A stretch of 32,000 nucleotides of DNA from Dubosiella newyorkensis (GCF_001945605.1 NZ_MPKA01000113.1:30001-62000); one strand, 5' to 3'; positions 7,694-16,470 are shown, counted from the first letter of the stretch. Notes: a model not told the origin generated them from the letters alone. Numbers and translations are program-made.

Positions 7694-8050
7694 CTATGTA
7701 TTTTCTTGATCCGCAAGATCTTTCTCTTCCTCCATCAACAAAGAACCCCATTCGGAAAATTCTTTCAAGATCGGCAAAAGTTTTAAAGAAATTTCTGTCA
7801 GCGAATATTCTACCCGAGGAGGGATCTCATTATATTGATGGCGTACGATCAACCCCTCCTGCTCCATATCTTTCAGCGTGTTTGAAAGCATCATATTCGT
7901 AATCCCAAGAGCCCTTTTCAACTCATTATAGCGAAGCGTTCCATTGACACTCAAAACATAGATCGTCGGAAGTTTCCATTTTCCTTCGATCGCCCGACAA
8001 GCGTAGCGCATCGAACAATCTTCGCTCGCATAAACGATGAGCTTTTTCAT
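7694..8050 (-). CDS. HxlR-family transcriptional regulator
   Basis: C..RYACRAIEGKWK, then LRYNELKRAL.GITNMMLSNTLKDMEQEGLIVR and PPRVEYSLTE. This is the typical HxlR wHTH. Confidence 0.85.
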   Translation of the reverse strand: MKKLIVYASEDCSMRYACRAIEGKWKLPTIYVLSVNGTLRYNELKRALGITNMMLSNTLKDMEQEGLIVRHQYNEIPPRVEYSLTEISLKLLPILKEFSEWGSLLMEEEKDLADQENT

Positions 8051-8152
8051 CCAATCATCCTTTCATTCGAGTAAACTTTAACACAAATTGAGCCCAATTA
8101 TCAAAAAGATGATTAAATATAAAAAAAATATTAGGTATTAAAACTAGAAGTA

Positions 8153-8181
8153 TTGACAAAAAACATACTTAATGTGATAAT
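8153..8181 (+). promoter_or_regulatory. Sigma-A promoter of lon
   Basis: TTGACA (8153-8158), a 17-nt spacer, then the extended -10 TGtGATAAT (8173-8181). Confidence 0.7.
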
Positions 8182-8229
8182 GATACTCGACTCAGAAACG
8201 AAATTTGAGTACTGGAAAGAGAGGAAATT

Positions 8230-10575
8230 ATGGAATACGAAAATCAAACATTTTCAGCTCCTGTATTGCCTGTATTAGGCACGCTCCTATTACCAGGCAC
8301 TACGATACAATTTAAAAATCTAAACAAACACGATATACAACGACTCAACTATGGAACATTCGTCGCTCTTCCTGTTAAGGGAGAAGCGCATAAAGATCAT
8401 TGGGAAGCTTCCGATTTCTATCGGACCGGCGTCACTTGCGAAATCGTAAGTGTATATGAGAACGAGCACAACGAAACGATGGTCAAAGCGCGCACGCTTG
8501 ATCGCATTTCGACAAACCAAGTATTCGATGGACGCTATCCATCATGCACTTACGAGATCGCTTATGAAGAAGAGGATCTGAGCGAACGCTCGATCATCGA
8601 CATGCTCACCTATATCAAAGACACCGTTCGGGAAATGAGCGCTTCGTTCCGCGGAGGAGAGTGGATCGCTAATCGGACAGATAGTTATACGGACATCAAT
8701 CAGCTCATCACATTCTTGGCTCAATACATGCCACTCTCTCAAAACGAAAGAAATGAACTGTTAGTCCAGACAAGTCTCAAACAAAGAAGTCTGCAATTTA
8801 TCGACTTGCTGCTGCGTCAAAAAGAGATCTTGGCACTCAACTTACAAATGAACGAAAAGTTCTCGAACGAAGCCAATAAATACTACCGCCAGCAAGCGCT
8901 TAGAAAACAGTTGGAAACGATTCAAAAAGAATTGAACGAAGAAAACGAAGATGGAGAACAGAAAGAGAGCTATGTTCAGCGCATCCAGGCACTCGAAGCG
9001 AGCGAGGAAGTTAAAAAATCACTTTTGGAGGACGCGAAGAAGCTAGAAACTGCCGCACAACCGGGTACAGAACAAGATGTGCTCCGCAATTATCTTGACT
9101 TCGCGCTCTCTTTGCCGTGGAAAGAAGAAGAAATTCACTTCGCCGATCTTAAAGAAGCGAGAAAGGTCTTGAACGAACGTCATTATGGCATGGACAAAGT
9201 CAAAGAACGCATCATTCAGCATCTAGCGATCATGCGCTTAAAAAACTCAAACAAAGGCTCTGCCTTGCTGCTTGTAGGCCCTCCTGGAACAGGAAAGACA
9301 TCGTTAGGAAAATCGATCGCCAAAGCGCTCGGAAGAGAATATACGAGAATGTCTTTAGGCGGTATCAGAGACGAATCCGAGATCCGTGGCCATCGTAGAA
9401 CATATGTAGGTGCGATGGCTGGACGCGTCCTACAAGCCATCAAACGAGCAGGAACAAACGATCCAGTCATGATCTTGGATGAAATGGATAAGATGATGCA
9501 AGGCGGATTTTCTGGAGATCCAGCCGCAGCTATGCTCGAAGTGCTCGACCCTGAACAAAACGATACGTTCACCGATCACTATTTAGATTTGCCATTCGAT
9601 TTATCGAACGTCTTCTTTATCGGAACGGCCAATTCGCTCGATACGATCCCAGCTCCTTTGCTGGATCGAATGGAAGTTATCGAGATCACAAGCTACACTT
9701 CGGAAGAAAAATTTCACATTGCTAAAGATCACTTGATCCCGGAAGTTTTGAAAGAGCATGGAATCGACGAATCAAGACTAATGATCGAAGATGATGCGAT
9801 CGAATCGATCATCGAAGAATATACGATGGAAGCGGGATGCCGCGGACTCAAAAAACGCATCGCCCAAATCGCGCGAGCCCGATCTGAACAACTCATCGAT
9901 TCAACAGAATTCATCACGATCAAAAGGGAAGATCTCGAAGATATCCTTGGCTCCAATAAACGCCGCCATGAAAAAGTCAAAGAAGCCAATCCTGCAGGTG
10001 TCGTGACAGGCCTTGCCTGGACTCCTGTTGGCGGAGAAGTGCTCTTTATCGAAACCACCGATATGCCAGGAAATGGACAAACGATCATTACGGGCCAACT
10101 AGGCGATGTGATGAAAGAATCCGCCCGCATTTCTCTTAGCGTCCTCAAATCAAGACTGCCACTCGATATGATGAGCTTCGAACAACGAGATATTCATATC
10201 CACGTTCCAGCAGGAGCGACGCCAAAAGATGGACCAAGCGCAGGAATCACCTTGTTCACCGCGCTCGCCTCGCTTGCCCTCAACAAACCAGTCGATTCAA
10301 AGATCGCGATGACAGGCGAGCTTTCACTTAGCGGCGATGTGCTTCCGATTGGCGGATTGAAAGAAAAACTCTTCGGCGCTCAAAGAGCCGGCATCACAAA
10401 AGTCTTGATTCCTTGGGATAATCGCGCTGATTTGAAAGAAGTGCCAGAATCCGTAAAATCAAAATTAGAAATCATTCCCGTCCATACAGTCGAGGATGTG
10501 CTGCGCGAAACGCTTCAAATCGCGCTGCCACCAATGGAACACCACCTTGTAGATACAAGCTTTATACGAATGTAA
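8230..10575 (+). CDS. lon: ATP-dependent Lon protease (LonA type)
   Basis: N-terminal LON domain, Walker A GPPGTGKTS, Walker B VMILDEMDK, and protease motif PKDGPSAGITLFTAL with downstream GGLKEK. Confidence 0.95.
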   Translation: MEYENQTFSAPVLPVLGTLLLPGTTIQFKNLNKHDIQRLNYGTFVALPVKGEAHKDHWEASDFYRTGVTCEIVSVYENEHNETMVKARTLDRISTNQVFDGRYPSCTYEIAYEEEDLSERSIIDMLTYIKDTVREMSASFRGGEWIANRTDSYTDINQLITFLAQYMPLSQNERNELLVQTSLKQRSLQFIDLLLRQKEILALNLQMNEKFSNEANKYYRQQALRKQLETIQKELNEENEDGEQKESYVQRIQALEASEEVKKSLLEDAKKLETAAQPGTEQDVLRNYLDFALSLPWKEEEIHFADLKEARKVLNERHYGMDKVKERIIQHLAIMRLKNSNKGSALLLVGPPGTGKTSLGKSIAKALGREYTRMSLGGIRDESEIRGHRRTYVGAMAGRVLQAIKRAGTNDPVMILDEMDKMMQGGFSGDPAAAMLEVLDPEQNDTFTDHYLDLPFDLSNVFFIGTANSLDTIPAPLLDRMEVIEITSYTSEEKFHIAKDHLIPEVLKEHGIDESRLMIEDDAIESIIEEYTMEAGCRGLKKRIAQIARARSEQLIDSTEFITIKREDLEDILGSNKRRHEKVKEANPAGVVTGLAWTPVGGEVLFIETTDMPGNGQTIITGQLGDVMKESARISLSVLKSRLPLDMMSFEQRDIHIHVPAGATPKDGPSAGITLFTALASLALNKPVDSKIAMTGELSLSGDVLPIGGLKEKLFGAQRAGITKVLIPWDNRADLKEVPESVKSKLEIIPVHTVEDVLRETLQIALPPMEHHLVDTSFIRM

Positions 10576-10578
10576 TCG

Positions 10579-10603
10579 AAAGTCTGTGAATGCAGACTTT
10601 TTT
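10579..10603 (+). terminator. Terminator of lon
   Basis: aaagtctg-tgaatg-cagacttt stem running into T6, 4 nt after the stop codon. Confidence 0.6.
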
Positions 10604-10604
10604 A

Positions 10605-10634
10605 TTGACAATATATATCGTTAGACGATATACT
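10605..10634 (+). promoter_or_regulatory. Promoter of the PadR operon
   Basis: TTGACA (10605-10610), an 18-nt spacer, then TATACT (10629-10634). Confidence 0.6.
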
Positions 10635-10662
10635 ATGGGCAGATATTACGAGAAACGATATA
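10614..10662 (+). promoter_or_regulatory. Candidate PadR operator: inverted repeat TATATCGT-tag-ACGATATA plus a third ACGATATA
   Basis: The 8-mers are at 10614-10621 (inverted), 10625-10632 and 10655-10662. The palindrome lies in the promoter spacer and overlaps the first four bases of the -10 hexamer. Confidence 0.5.
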
Positions 10663-10677
10663 TTGAGAGGTGATACA

Positions 10678-11010
10678 ATGGGCAATGAACCACAACAACC
10701 ATTAACTGAATCGATCTTCTATATTTTGTTAGCGCTCCATACGCCAAATCATGGCTATGGGATCATTAAAGAAGTCGAAACTCTGACCAATGGAAGAGTG
10801 ATCATGGGCGCAGGCACATTATATGGAGCCATCAAAACACTGCTGAAAAAAAAGTGGATCCGGCTGTATGCCGATACGAACGATAGCCGCAATAAAAAAG
10901 AGTATGTGATCACACCATTAGGAAAAGAAATTTTTTCTGCCGAAGTCAATCGACTCGAGGAACTTGTCGCCAACGCAAAAAAGAAGGAGAAAGAGCATGA
11001 AGAAGTTTAA
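10678..11010 (+). CDS. PadR-family transcriptional regulator
   Basis: GAGAGGTG RBS before the ATG at 10678. PadR wHTH: LLALHTPNHGYGIIKEV...GTLYGAIKTLLKKKWI. Confidence 0.85.
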   Translation: MGNEPQQPLTESIFYILLALHTPNHGYGIIKEVETLTNGRVIMGAGTLYGAIKTLLKKKWIRLYADTNDSRNKKEYVITPLGKEIFSAEVNRLEELVANAKKKEKEHEEV

Positions 11011-11674
11011 GCTGTATTTTGATAAAGATGAAGAAGTGAAATGGCTCAACGAAATGACTGAGCAAGGATGGGAATGCACCGATTTTAAAGGTGGGTTTTA
11101 TTCATTCAAGCCTTGTTTGCCAGGCGAATGGTTGTATGAAGCGGATCTCAACGATCATGGATTCATTCTTTCCAAAGAATATCGAGAGCTTCTCAAAGAC
11201 AATAAGATCAATGTGATCTGTACGTGGGGTTTTTGGTTCTTGGCAAAACGAAAAGCTCAATACGGTCCATTTCAATTGTATACAGATCTAGAATCCAAGA
11301 TCTTGCAGTATAAAAAGATCAGAAACATGTTTTTAGGGGCAGGGTTAGTGGAATTGATCTGCTTCTATGTCGAAATGTTCGCGTTCCAAGAAATGAAACA
11401 ATGGTATTTTTTTGTTTTCTCGGCGCTGTTGTTGGGATTGTTTTATGTATTGTGGAAGGCAGGCCTGAACATGAAAAACAAGATCGCCGCTTTGGAAGGA
11501 AAGGAAGTAACAGATCCTAGCTCCATTCACTCTCTTATGGGGGCGGTTCTTGTTACCTGCATCGCAATGCTTCTAAGAAACTATATTCCTCATCTTTTGT
11601 ATCTATTTATTTTGGTCGCTTGCATCGTTGTAGAAATTGTATTGACGATCAAGATCAAAAAGGAGAATGAATGA
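10997..11674 (+). CDS. DUF2812-like membrane protein (common PadR partner)
   Basis: GAAGGAG RBS. The start overlaps the PadR stop by 14 nt. N-terminus is KWLNEMTEQGWECTDFKGGFYSFKP, followed by hydrophobic segments. Confidence 0.7.
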   Translation: MKKFKLYFDKDEEVKWLNEMTEQGWECTDFKGGFYSFKPCLPGEWLYEADLNDHGFILSKEYRELLKDNKINVICTWGFWFLAKRKAQYGPFQLYTDLESKILQYKKIRNMFLGAGLVELICFYVEMFAFQEMKQWYFFVFSALLLGLFYVLWKAGLNMKNKIAALEGKEVTDPSSIHSLMGAVLVTCIAMLLRNYIPHLLYLFILVACIVVEIVLTIKIKKENE

Positions 11675-12168
11675 AGATCTTGATCGCTTCCGATTCCCAT
11701 CAAAAAAGTCAAGTATGGATGGACGCACTCAAAAAAAAGTATCCTGACATGGATCTATATTTACATGCTGGAGATCTTGACGACATTCCAACGAATGGCT
11801 GGAAAGTCGTAGCTGGGAATGTCGATCGAAAAGCGAACAGAAAGTTTCCTTGCCAGCAAATCATCGAAATAGGAAAGCATCATATCCTTCTAGTGCATGG
11901 TGATCTTTTTGAAGCGAAGACGAGGATCGATCAACTTGCCGACCTAGCTCAAAAAGAAGCGTGCGACATCGTTGTATTTGGACATTCGCATACGCCGCTA
12001 CAAGAAAAAAGGGAAGGGATCTTATTTTTGAATCCTGGTTCTTTGATCCGTCCCAGAAATAAGACAGCGACCGGTTTTATGATCTTGGATACCGATACGA
12101 TGAAAGTAAATCGCATTGAAGCAACTCTAGGAAGCAATGGAATAGTCGTAGGGCCTCATTCGGTTTAG
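11671..12168 (+). CDS. YfcE/MJ0936-family metallophosphoesterase
   Basis: ATGA overlap with the upstream gene. Motifs are DSH, HAGD, GNVD, VHGD and GHSHTP. Confidence 0.85.
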   Translation: MKILIASDSHQKSQVWMDALKKKYPDMDLYLHAGDLDDIPTNGWKVVAGNVDRKANRKFPCQQIIEIGKHHILLVHGDLFEAKTRIDQLADLAQKEACDIVVFGHSHTPLQEKREGILFLNPGSLIRPRNKTATGFMILDTDTMKVNRIEATLGSNGIVVGPHSV

Positions 12169-12201
12169 TATGGAAATATATAATAAAGGAGATCAAATGC
12201 A

Positions 12202-12525
12202 ATGAGTTTACTTCAAATTCAAGGGGTACAAGATTATGAGAGGATCGTCCATGAATATCCAAATGTCGTGGTAGAATTTTTTGCGACTTGGTGTCCGCAT
12301 TGCCAAGCGATGCAGCCCGATGTAGAACAAGCAGCCGAGCAATTTGAACAAGTCGTGATCGCGCAAGCAGACGTCGATCAAAATGAAGAATTGTGCGATG
12401 CGTTCAATGTGCAAGGAACGCCGACATTCATCTTTGTCAAAGATGGCAAACCTGTTTTAGATACGGTTGGCCAAATTTCGTATGAAGATCTAGTCGATTT
12501 TATCCAAAAAGGAGAAAGCAAATAA
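12202..12525 (+). CDS. Thioredoxin-family protein with a CPHC active site
   Basis: AAGGAG RBS. The thioredoxin-fold pattern is FFATWCPHCQAM...GTPTFIF. Confidence 0.85.
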   Translation: MSLLQIQGVQDYERIVHEYPNVVVEFFATWCPHCQAMQPDVEQAAEQFEQVVIAQADVDQNEELCDAFNVQGTPTFIFVKDGKPVLDTVGQISYEDLVDFIQKGESK

Positions 12526-12550
12526 AAAAAGAGCAAGCGCTCTTTTTTTT
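12522..12550. terminator. Bidirectional terminator (thioredoxin gene, and probably fda)
   Basis: A7-agagc-aagc-gctct-T8. The A and T tracts are symmetric. Confidence 0.8.
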
Positions 12551-12673
12551 AGACAGATCAGATCGATACGGAAGTGTTGTAACGAAGGTCTGCCTTCCCT
12601 TTCTAATATAGATCTTCCTGTCTTTCACTTATTATCGTATCAGAATTTTTATATAAGTAAAGCAATAGAAATA

Positions 12674-13561
12674 TTATTTGATCGAAGCTTCAAAGATCGC
12701 GTCAACAGAATGCTTCATCGTTTTATTGAATTCTTCTTCTGTTTGGTTCGCGTTTAGTCCTTCGGCTAACGCTCTTGAGAAGCTTGCGATCAAGCCCGGA
12801 TTTTCGGCCAGCTTTTTATTCGCTTCTTCTCTTGTATAACCACCTGAAAGCGCTACGACACGAACGACGTGCGGATCTTTCATGATTTCGGAATAAAGTC
12901 CAGGAACAGTCGGGATCGATAATTTAAGCATGATCAACTCATTTTCTGGCAAATCTTTCAAATGTTTTTCGATCTCATCTTTTAAGATCGCTTCGGCTTC
13001 TTTTTTGTCTGGGATCGTGATATCCACTTCAGGCTCTAAAATCGGAACGAAACCGGCATCGGCGATTTGACGACCATATTCAAATTGTTGATCGACGATT
13101 TTCTTGATCCCTTCTGGATTGGCAGCGTGAATGACAGAACGCATCTTTGTTCCAAAAATATTGCGCTTTTGAGCTTGTTCGAGCGTTTGGGTCAAATCTG
13201 TGATCGGCTTCATTAGCTGAACGCCCTCTTTTTCGGGTTCAAGACCTTTGTCCACTTTCAAAAATGGAATGATTCCTTTTTCTTCCCATAAGAAATCAGG
13301 AGTATATTTTCCATCGATTTTGCGATCCATCGTATTTTGAAATAAGATAGCCCCTAAGATCTCGTCGCCGCTAAAGGAAGGGGATTTGATCATGCGGGTA
13401 CGCATTTGATGCATCAGATCAAACATTTCTTCATCGTTATTATATTGATCTTGATCGATCCCATACGCCTTCAGGGCTTTTGGCGAGCTTCCTCCGCTTT
13501 GGTCGAGAGCCGCAATAAATCCTTTCTTTGATTTCATTTGTTCAAGTTGTTTTTGGTTCAT
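12674..13561 (-). CDS. fda: Class I fructose-1,6-bisphosphate aldolase
   Basis: The N-terminus KKGFIAALDQSGGSSPKALKAYGI and the 295-aa length are typical of Gram-positive class I FBA. AGGAGG RBS. Confidence 0.9.
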   Translation of the reverse strand: MNQKQLEQMKSKKGFIAALDQSGGSSPKALKAYGIDQDQYNNDEEMFDLMHQMRTRMIKSPSFSGDEILGAILFQNTMDRKIDGKYTPDFLWEEKGIIPFLKVDKGLEPEKEGVQLMKPITDLTQTLEQAQKRNIFGTKMRSVIHAANPEGIKKIVDQQFEYGRQIADAGFVPILEPEVDITIPDKKEAEAILKDEIEKHLKDLPENELIMLKLSIPTVPGLYSEIMKDPHVVRVVALSGGYTREEANKKLAENPGLIASFSRALAEGLNANQTEEEFNKTMKHSVDAIFEASIK

Positions 13562-13575
13562 TGTTTAACCTCCTA

Positions 13576-13887
13576 TTATTCGAATTCGGAAGATCCAGTC
13601 AACGCGCCTTGGTAATAGCCTTCTGAAAATCCGCTTTCAAAACATTGTTCTTTTAAGGCGTTGAGAGCTTGATCGAGCTCTTTTTGAAAGGCTGAAAGCT
13701 GCTCTTGACTCAATCCATCTTTGGATAAGTTTGCCATCAATTGTTCTGAAATCTTGGCAACCGCTTTTTCTTGTTCTTCCTTTAGTTGTTTTGCTTGGGT
13801 GTCTCCATCGATATTGGATAAATACGAATCAAAAGATTTTTTGGCCTTTTCTAGATCTTGACCAACACGTTGGAAAAAAGTACTCAT
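13576..13887 (-). CDS. Hypothetical helical protein, co-transcribed with fda
   Basis: GAGGTGA RBS before the ATG at 13887. There is a 14-nt gap to the fda start. 103 aa, no family recognised. Confidence 0.6.
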   Translation of the reverse strand: MSTFFQRVGQDLEKAKKSFDSYLSNIDGDTQAKQLKEEQEKAVAKISEQLMANLSKDGLSQEQLSAFQKELDQALNALKEQCFESGFSEGYYQGALTGSSEFE

Positions 13888-14043
13888 TCTAATCACCTCG
13901 TTCTCATTCTATTTTCGTTGTTTTGAAACCTTAAGGCAAGTTAGATACTTATTCAACCGTTGCGAAACGTCTTCCTTTAAGTATTCTGTTCTGAATTATA
14001 GGTCTTTTCATGTACAATAATAGAAATGAAATGAGGTTATGTT

Positions 14044-14493
14044 ATGAAAAAGATCCTTTTTGTTTGTCATGGGAACATTTGTCGTTCTCCTATGGCTGAA
14101 TTCATCATGAAAGATCTCGTTAAAAAAGAAGGCTTGAGCGACCAATATTATATCGATTCTGCCGCCACGAGCCAAGAAGAGATCGGAAACGATCTGTATC
14201 CTCCCGCAAAAGCGGTATTAAAAAAGCATCACATTCCTTTTGAATACCATCCTGCCCGCCAAGTGAAAAAGAAAGATTATGCTTTATTCGACTTGATTTT
14301 AGTAATGGATCCTAACAACCAGCGAAATATCAAACGGATCCTTCCTCAAAATCCCGAGCACAAGATCCATTTGCTTCTAGACAACGAAAGCATCGCCGAT
14401 CCATGGTATACAGGCGATTTTGAAAAGAGTTATGAGCAAATCAGACAGGGATGCGAGATTTGGCTAGAAAGACTTGAGAATTCTTTCGTATGA
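14044..14493 (+). CDS. Low-molecular-weight protein-tyrosine phosphatase
   Basis: P-loop VCHGNICRSPMAE (CX5R-S) and the general-acid motif ADPWY. Confidence 0.9.
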   Translation: MKKILFVCHGNICRSPMAEFIMKDLVKKEGLSDQYYIDSAATSQEEIGNDLYPPAKAVLKKHHIPFEYHPARQVKKKDYALFDLILVMDPNNQRNIKRILPQNPEHKIHLLLDNESIADPWYTGDFEKSYEQIRQGCEIWLERLENSFV

Positions 14494-15806
14494 AACTGTT
14501 AAGAAAAATCGAGCTATTGGTGGCGATCGTCTTCTTTATCGCTGGATTCTCTTGCTTGCTCGCGCCTCGCTTCAATGCCAATATCTTATTTTATGTATGC
14601 GCCGCGATCACGACGATCTCTTCGCTTGTTTTATGGTATCAAGTCTTCGTCAAGAAGCGGGGGATCACGCTCTTTGAAGCGATCTTGATCAGTTTATTTT
14701 CTTTGTTTTTGTGGCTCCATCATTCGATCGGGTACGAACTTGTCATCTTGATCTTCAGTATCTATATGGGAATCAACGCGATCGGCTTTGGCGTTCAAGC
14801 GATCCTTGATTTTAACGATCGCTCCAAGACCCTTTGGTATGATCTCTTGTGGACGCTTATTTATATGGGATTGGCGATCGCCTCCTATTTACAGCGTTCA
14901 CAAGATCTCGATTTGATCCAATATTTTGTTGGTTTCTATTTAGTCATGCAGGGCTGTCAAATGATCTTGGAACTGTTCTTTTTCTCGAAACCGCAAACGT
15001 CGCGTTTTTATTCTTTTCGATTCTGGTCGGCATTGCCTGTCGCGATCGTTTCGATCTTGCCTTCGATCGTATTAGAAAAAATGCTCAGCTTTAAAGCCAA
15101 TAAACACCCGATCGATTTTAACGAGATCAAAAACGATCAAAAAGTCAATTTGCGTGTTTTTATTCACACGGGCTTGAGCGGGGATCATCGCTTTGGACAT
15201 ATGACTCTGGCTCATAATGGAACGATGTATTCGTACGGGAATTATGATAAAGCCGAAGAAAAGCTGTTTCGGACTCTTGGCCCCGGCATATTCTTTTCGG
15301 TCAATGCGGATGAATACATCAACAATTGTTGCATTTATGAAGAAAGCACCTTGTTCGAGTATGGTCTTCATCTAAGTCCAGAACAAGAAGAAAAGCTTTG
15401 CAAGATCCTCCAACACGTCTTCGCTTCGAGCTATCCTTGGGATTGTCCTTTAGAAGTCGACTTAAAAAAAGATCCATCGCTGAAAGTCGAACCCTATTTA
15501 GAGGATTATTCCAATCGCTTGTGGTATCGGACCCATTGTCATTATCGAAAGTTTTATGGAGGAGAATGGAAAACCTATTGGATCTTAGGCACAAATTGTT
15601 CGCTATTCGCTACGCGGATCCTTCATTCGATCGATCCTGCTATTCATAAAAGTCATGGAATCGTAACGCCTGGCGAGTTTTGGGAATATTTTGAAGAAGC
15701 GTTTCAAGATCCGGCGAGCAATGTGATCCATAAAACTTGGCACTCGGCCAACGAACCTTCGACACTGTATCCGCTTCAAGGAAAAAATTCGATCCAGACA
15801 ATATAA
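14490..15806 (+). CDS. Polytopic membrane protein with a C-terminal PPPDE/DeSI-like (permuted papain-fold) domain
   Basis: ATGA overlap with the phosphatase gene. The first roughly 200 aa are hydrophobic, with about six segments. The C-terminal part carries RFGHMTLAHNGTMYSYG and YWILGTNCSLFATRIL, which resemble the His and Cys motifs of PPPDE peptidases. Confidence 0.6.
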   Translation: MKLLRKIELLVAIVFFIAGFSCLLAPRFNANILFYVCAAITTISSLVLWYQVFVKKRGITLFEAILISLFSLFLWLHHSIGYELVILIFSIYMGINAIGFGVQAILDFNDRSKTLWYDLLWTLIYMGLAIASYLQRSQDLDLIQYFVGFYLVMQGCQMILELFFFSKPQTSRFYSFRFWSALPVAIVSILPSIVLEKMLSFKANKHPIDFNEIKNDQKVNLRVFIHTGLSGDHRFGHMTLAHNGTMYSYGNYDKAEEKLFRTLGPGIFFSVNADEYINNCCIYEESTLFEYGLHLSPEQEEKLCKILQHVFASSYPWDCPLEVDLKKDPSLKVEPYLEDYSNRLWYRTHCHYRKFYGGEWKTYWILGTNCSLFATRILHSIDPAIHKSHGIVTPGEFWEYFEEAFQDPASNVIHKTWHSANEPSTLYPLQGKNSIQTI

Positions 15807-15833
15807 AAAAAAGAGGCGAGACCTCTTTTTTTT
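15805..15833. terminator. Bidirectional terminator between convergent genes
   Basis: A8-agagg-cgaga-cctct-T8. Confidence 0.85.
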
Positions 15834-15835
15834 GA

Positions 15836-16327
15836 TTATTTTTTTAATCCAGCAGCGATGAGCGCTGCATCATAATCGGGCTCTTCGCTTACTTCATCCA
15901 CATATTGAACGTGGGTAAGCACGCCATCTTCATCCGTAACAAAAACGCTACGGGCCAATAAGCCGTTTTCTTTCATATAGGTGCCCGTTTTTTTCGCGAA
16001 ATCACGATCTTTATAATCGCTTGTTGTCAAGAGCTGCTTATTATTTTCAGCTTGACACCATCTAGTCAAAGCGAAAGGCAGATCCATGCTGACGGAAATG
16101 ACTTCCACTTCATCTTGTCCTTTGATCAAGTTCATGAATTTGGCAAGTTCCATCGAGCAGACAGCCGTATCGACGCTAGGCACGGCTAGAATGATCTTTT
16201 TGCCTCGCTTCTCCATTGGTTGAATATCGGTAAGATCGGTCGTTGTTACGGTAAAGTTTGGCATTTCTTCGCCTGCGCTCAAGCGAGTGCCTTCTAGAGT
16301 TACTGGATTTCCTAAAAATGTTGTCAT
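15836..16327 (-). CDS. tpx: Thiol peroxidase
   Basis: Peroxidatic motif VPSVDTAVCS and a resolving Cys in LTRWCQ. 163 aa. Confidence 0.9.
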   Translation of the reverse strand: MTTFLGNPVTLEGTRLSAGEEMPNFTVTTTDLTDIQPMEKRGKKIILAVPSVDTAVCSMELAKFMNLIKGQDEVEVISVSMDLPFALTRWCQAENNKQLLTTSDYKDRDFAKKTGTYMKENGLLARSVFVTDEDGVLTHVQYVDEVSEEPDYDAALIAAGLKK

Positions 16328-16470
16328 GATCCTATCCTCCTGCCCTTTTACTATAAAGAAACGAGATCAAATTTCCTATTGTTACGCTCACGAGAATCGA
16401 TGTAAGAAAACTATTTTTTTACAGTCAGCACACATGAAATTGAGCAAAGAGTCTTCTATGATAGTTGTAA

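Noticed and set aside
8184-8211. Inverted repeat TACTC-N18-GAGTA in the lon 5' UTR, considered as CIRCE or a CtsR box
   Set aside because: It does not match CIRCE (TTAGCACTC-N9-GAGTGCTAA) in sequence or spacing. No GGTCAAA direct repeat for CtsR is present. At most it is a small UTR hairpin.
9216-10148. Several 65-139-aa ORFs inside lon on the opposite strand or in other frames
   Set aside because: They lie entirely within a well-supported LonA coding frame. Their composition (Ser/Pro/Arg-rich) is typical of antisense reading.
8230-10575. Lon protease as part of a defence system (BrxL-like)
   Set aside because: It has the full LonA architecture (N-domain, AAA+, Ser-Lys protease) and a housekeeping-type promoter. 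No BREX or other defence partner genes are nearby.
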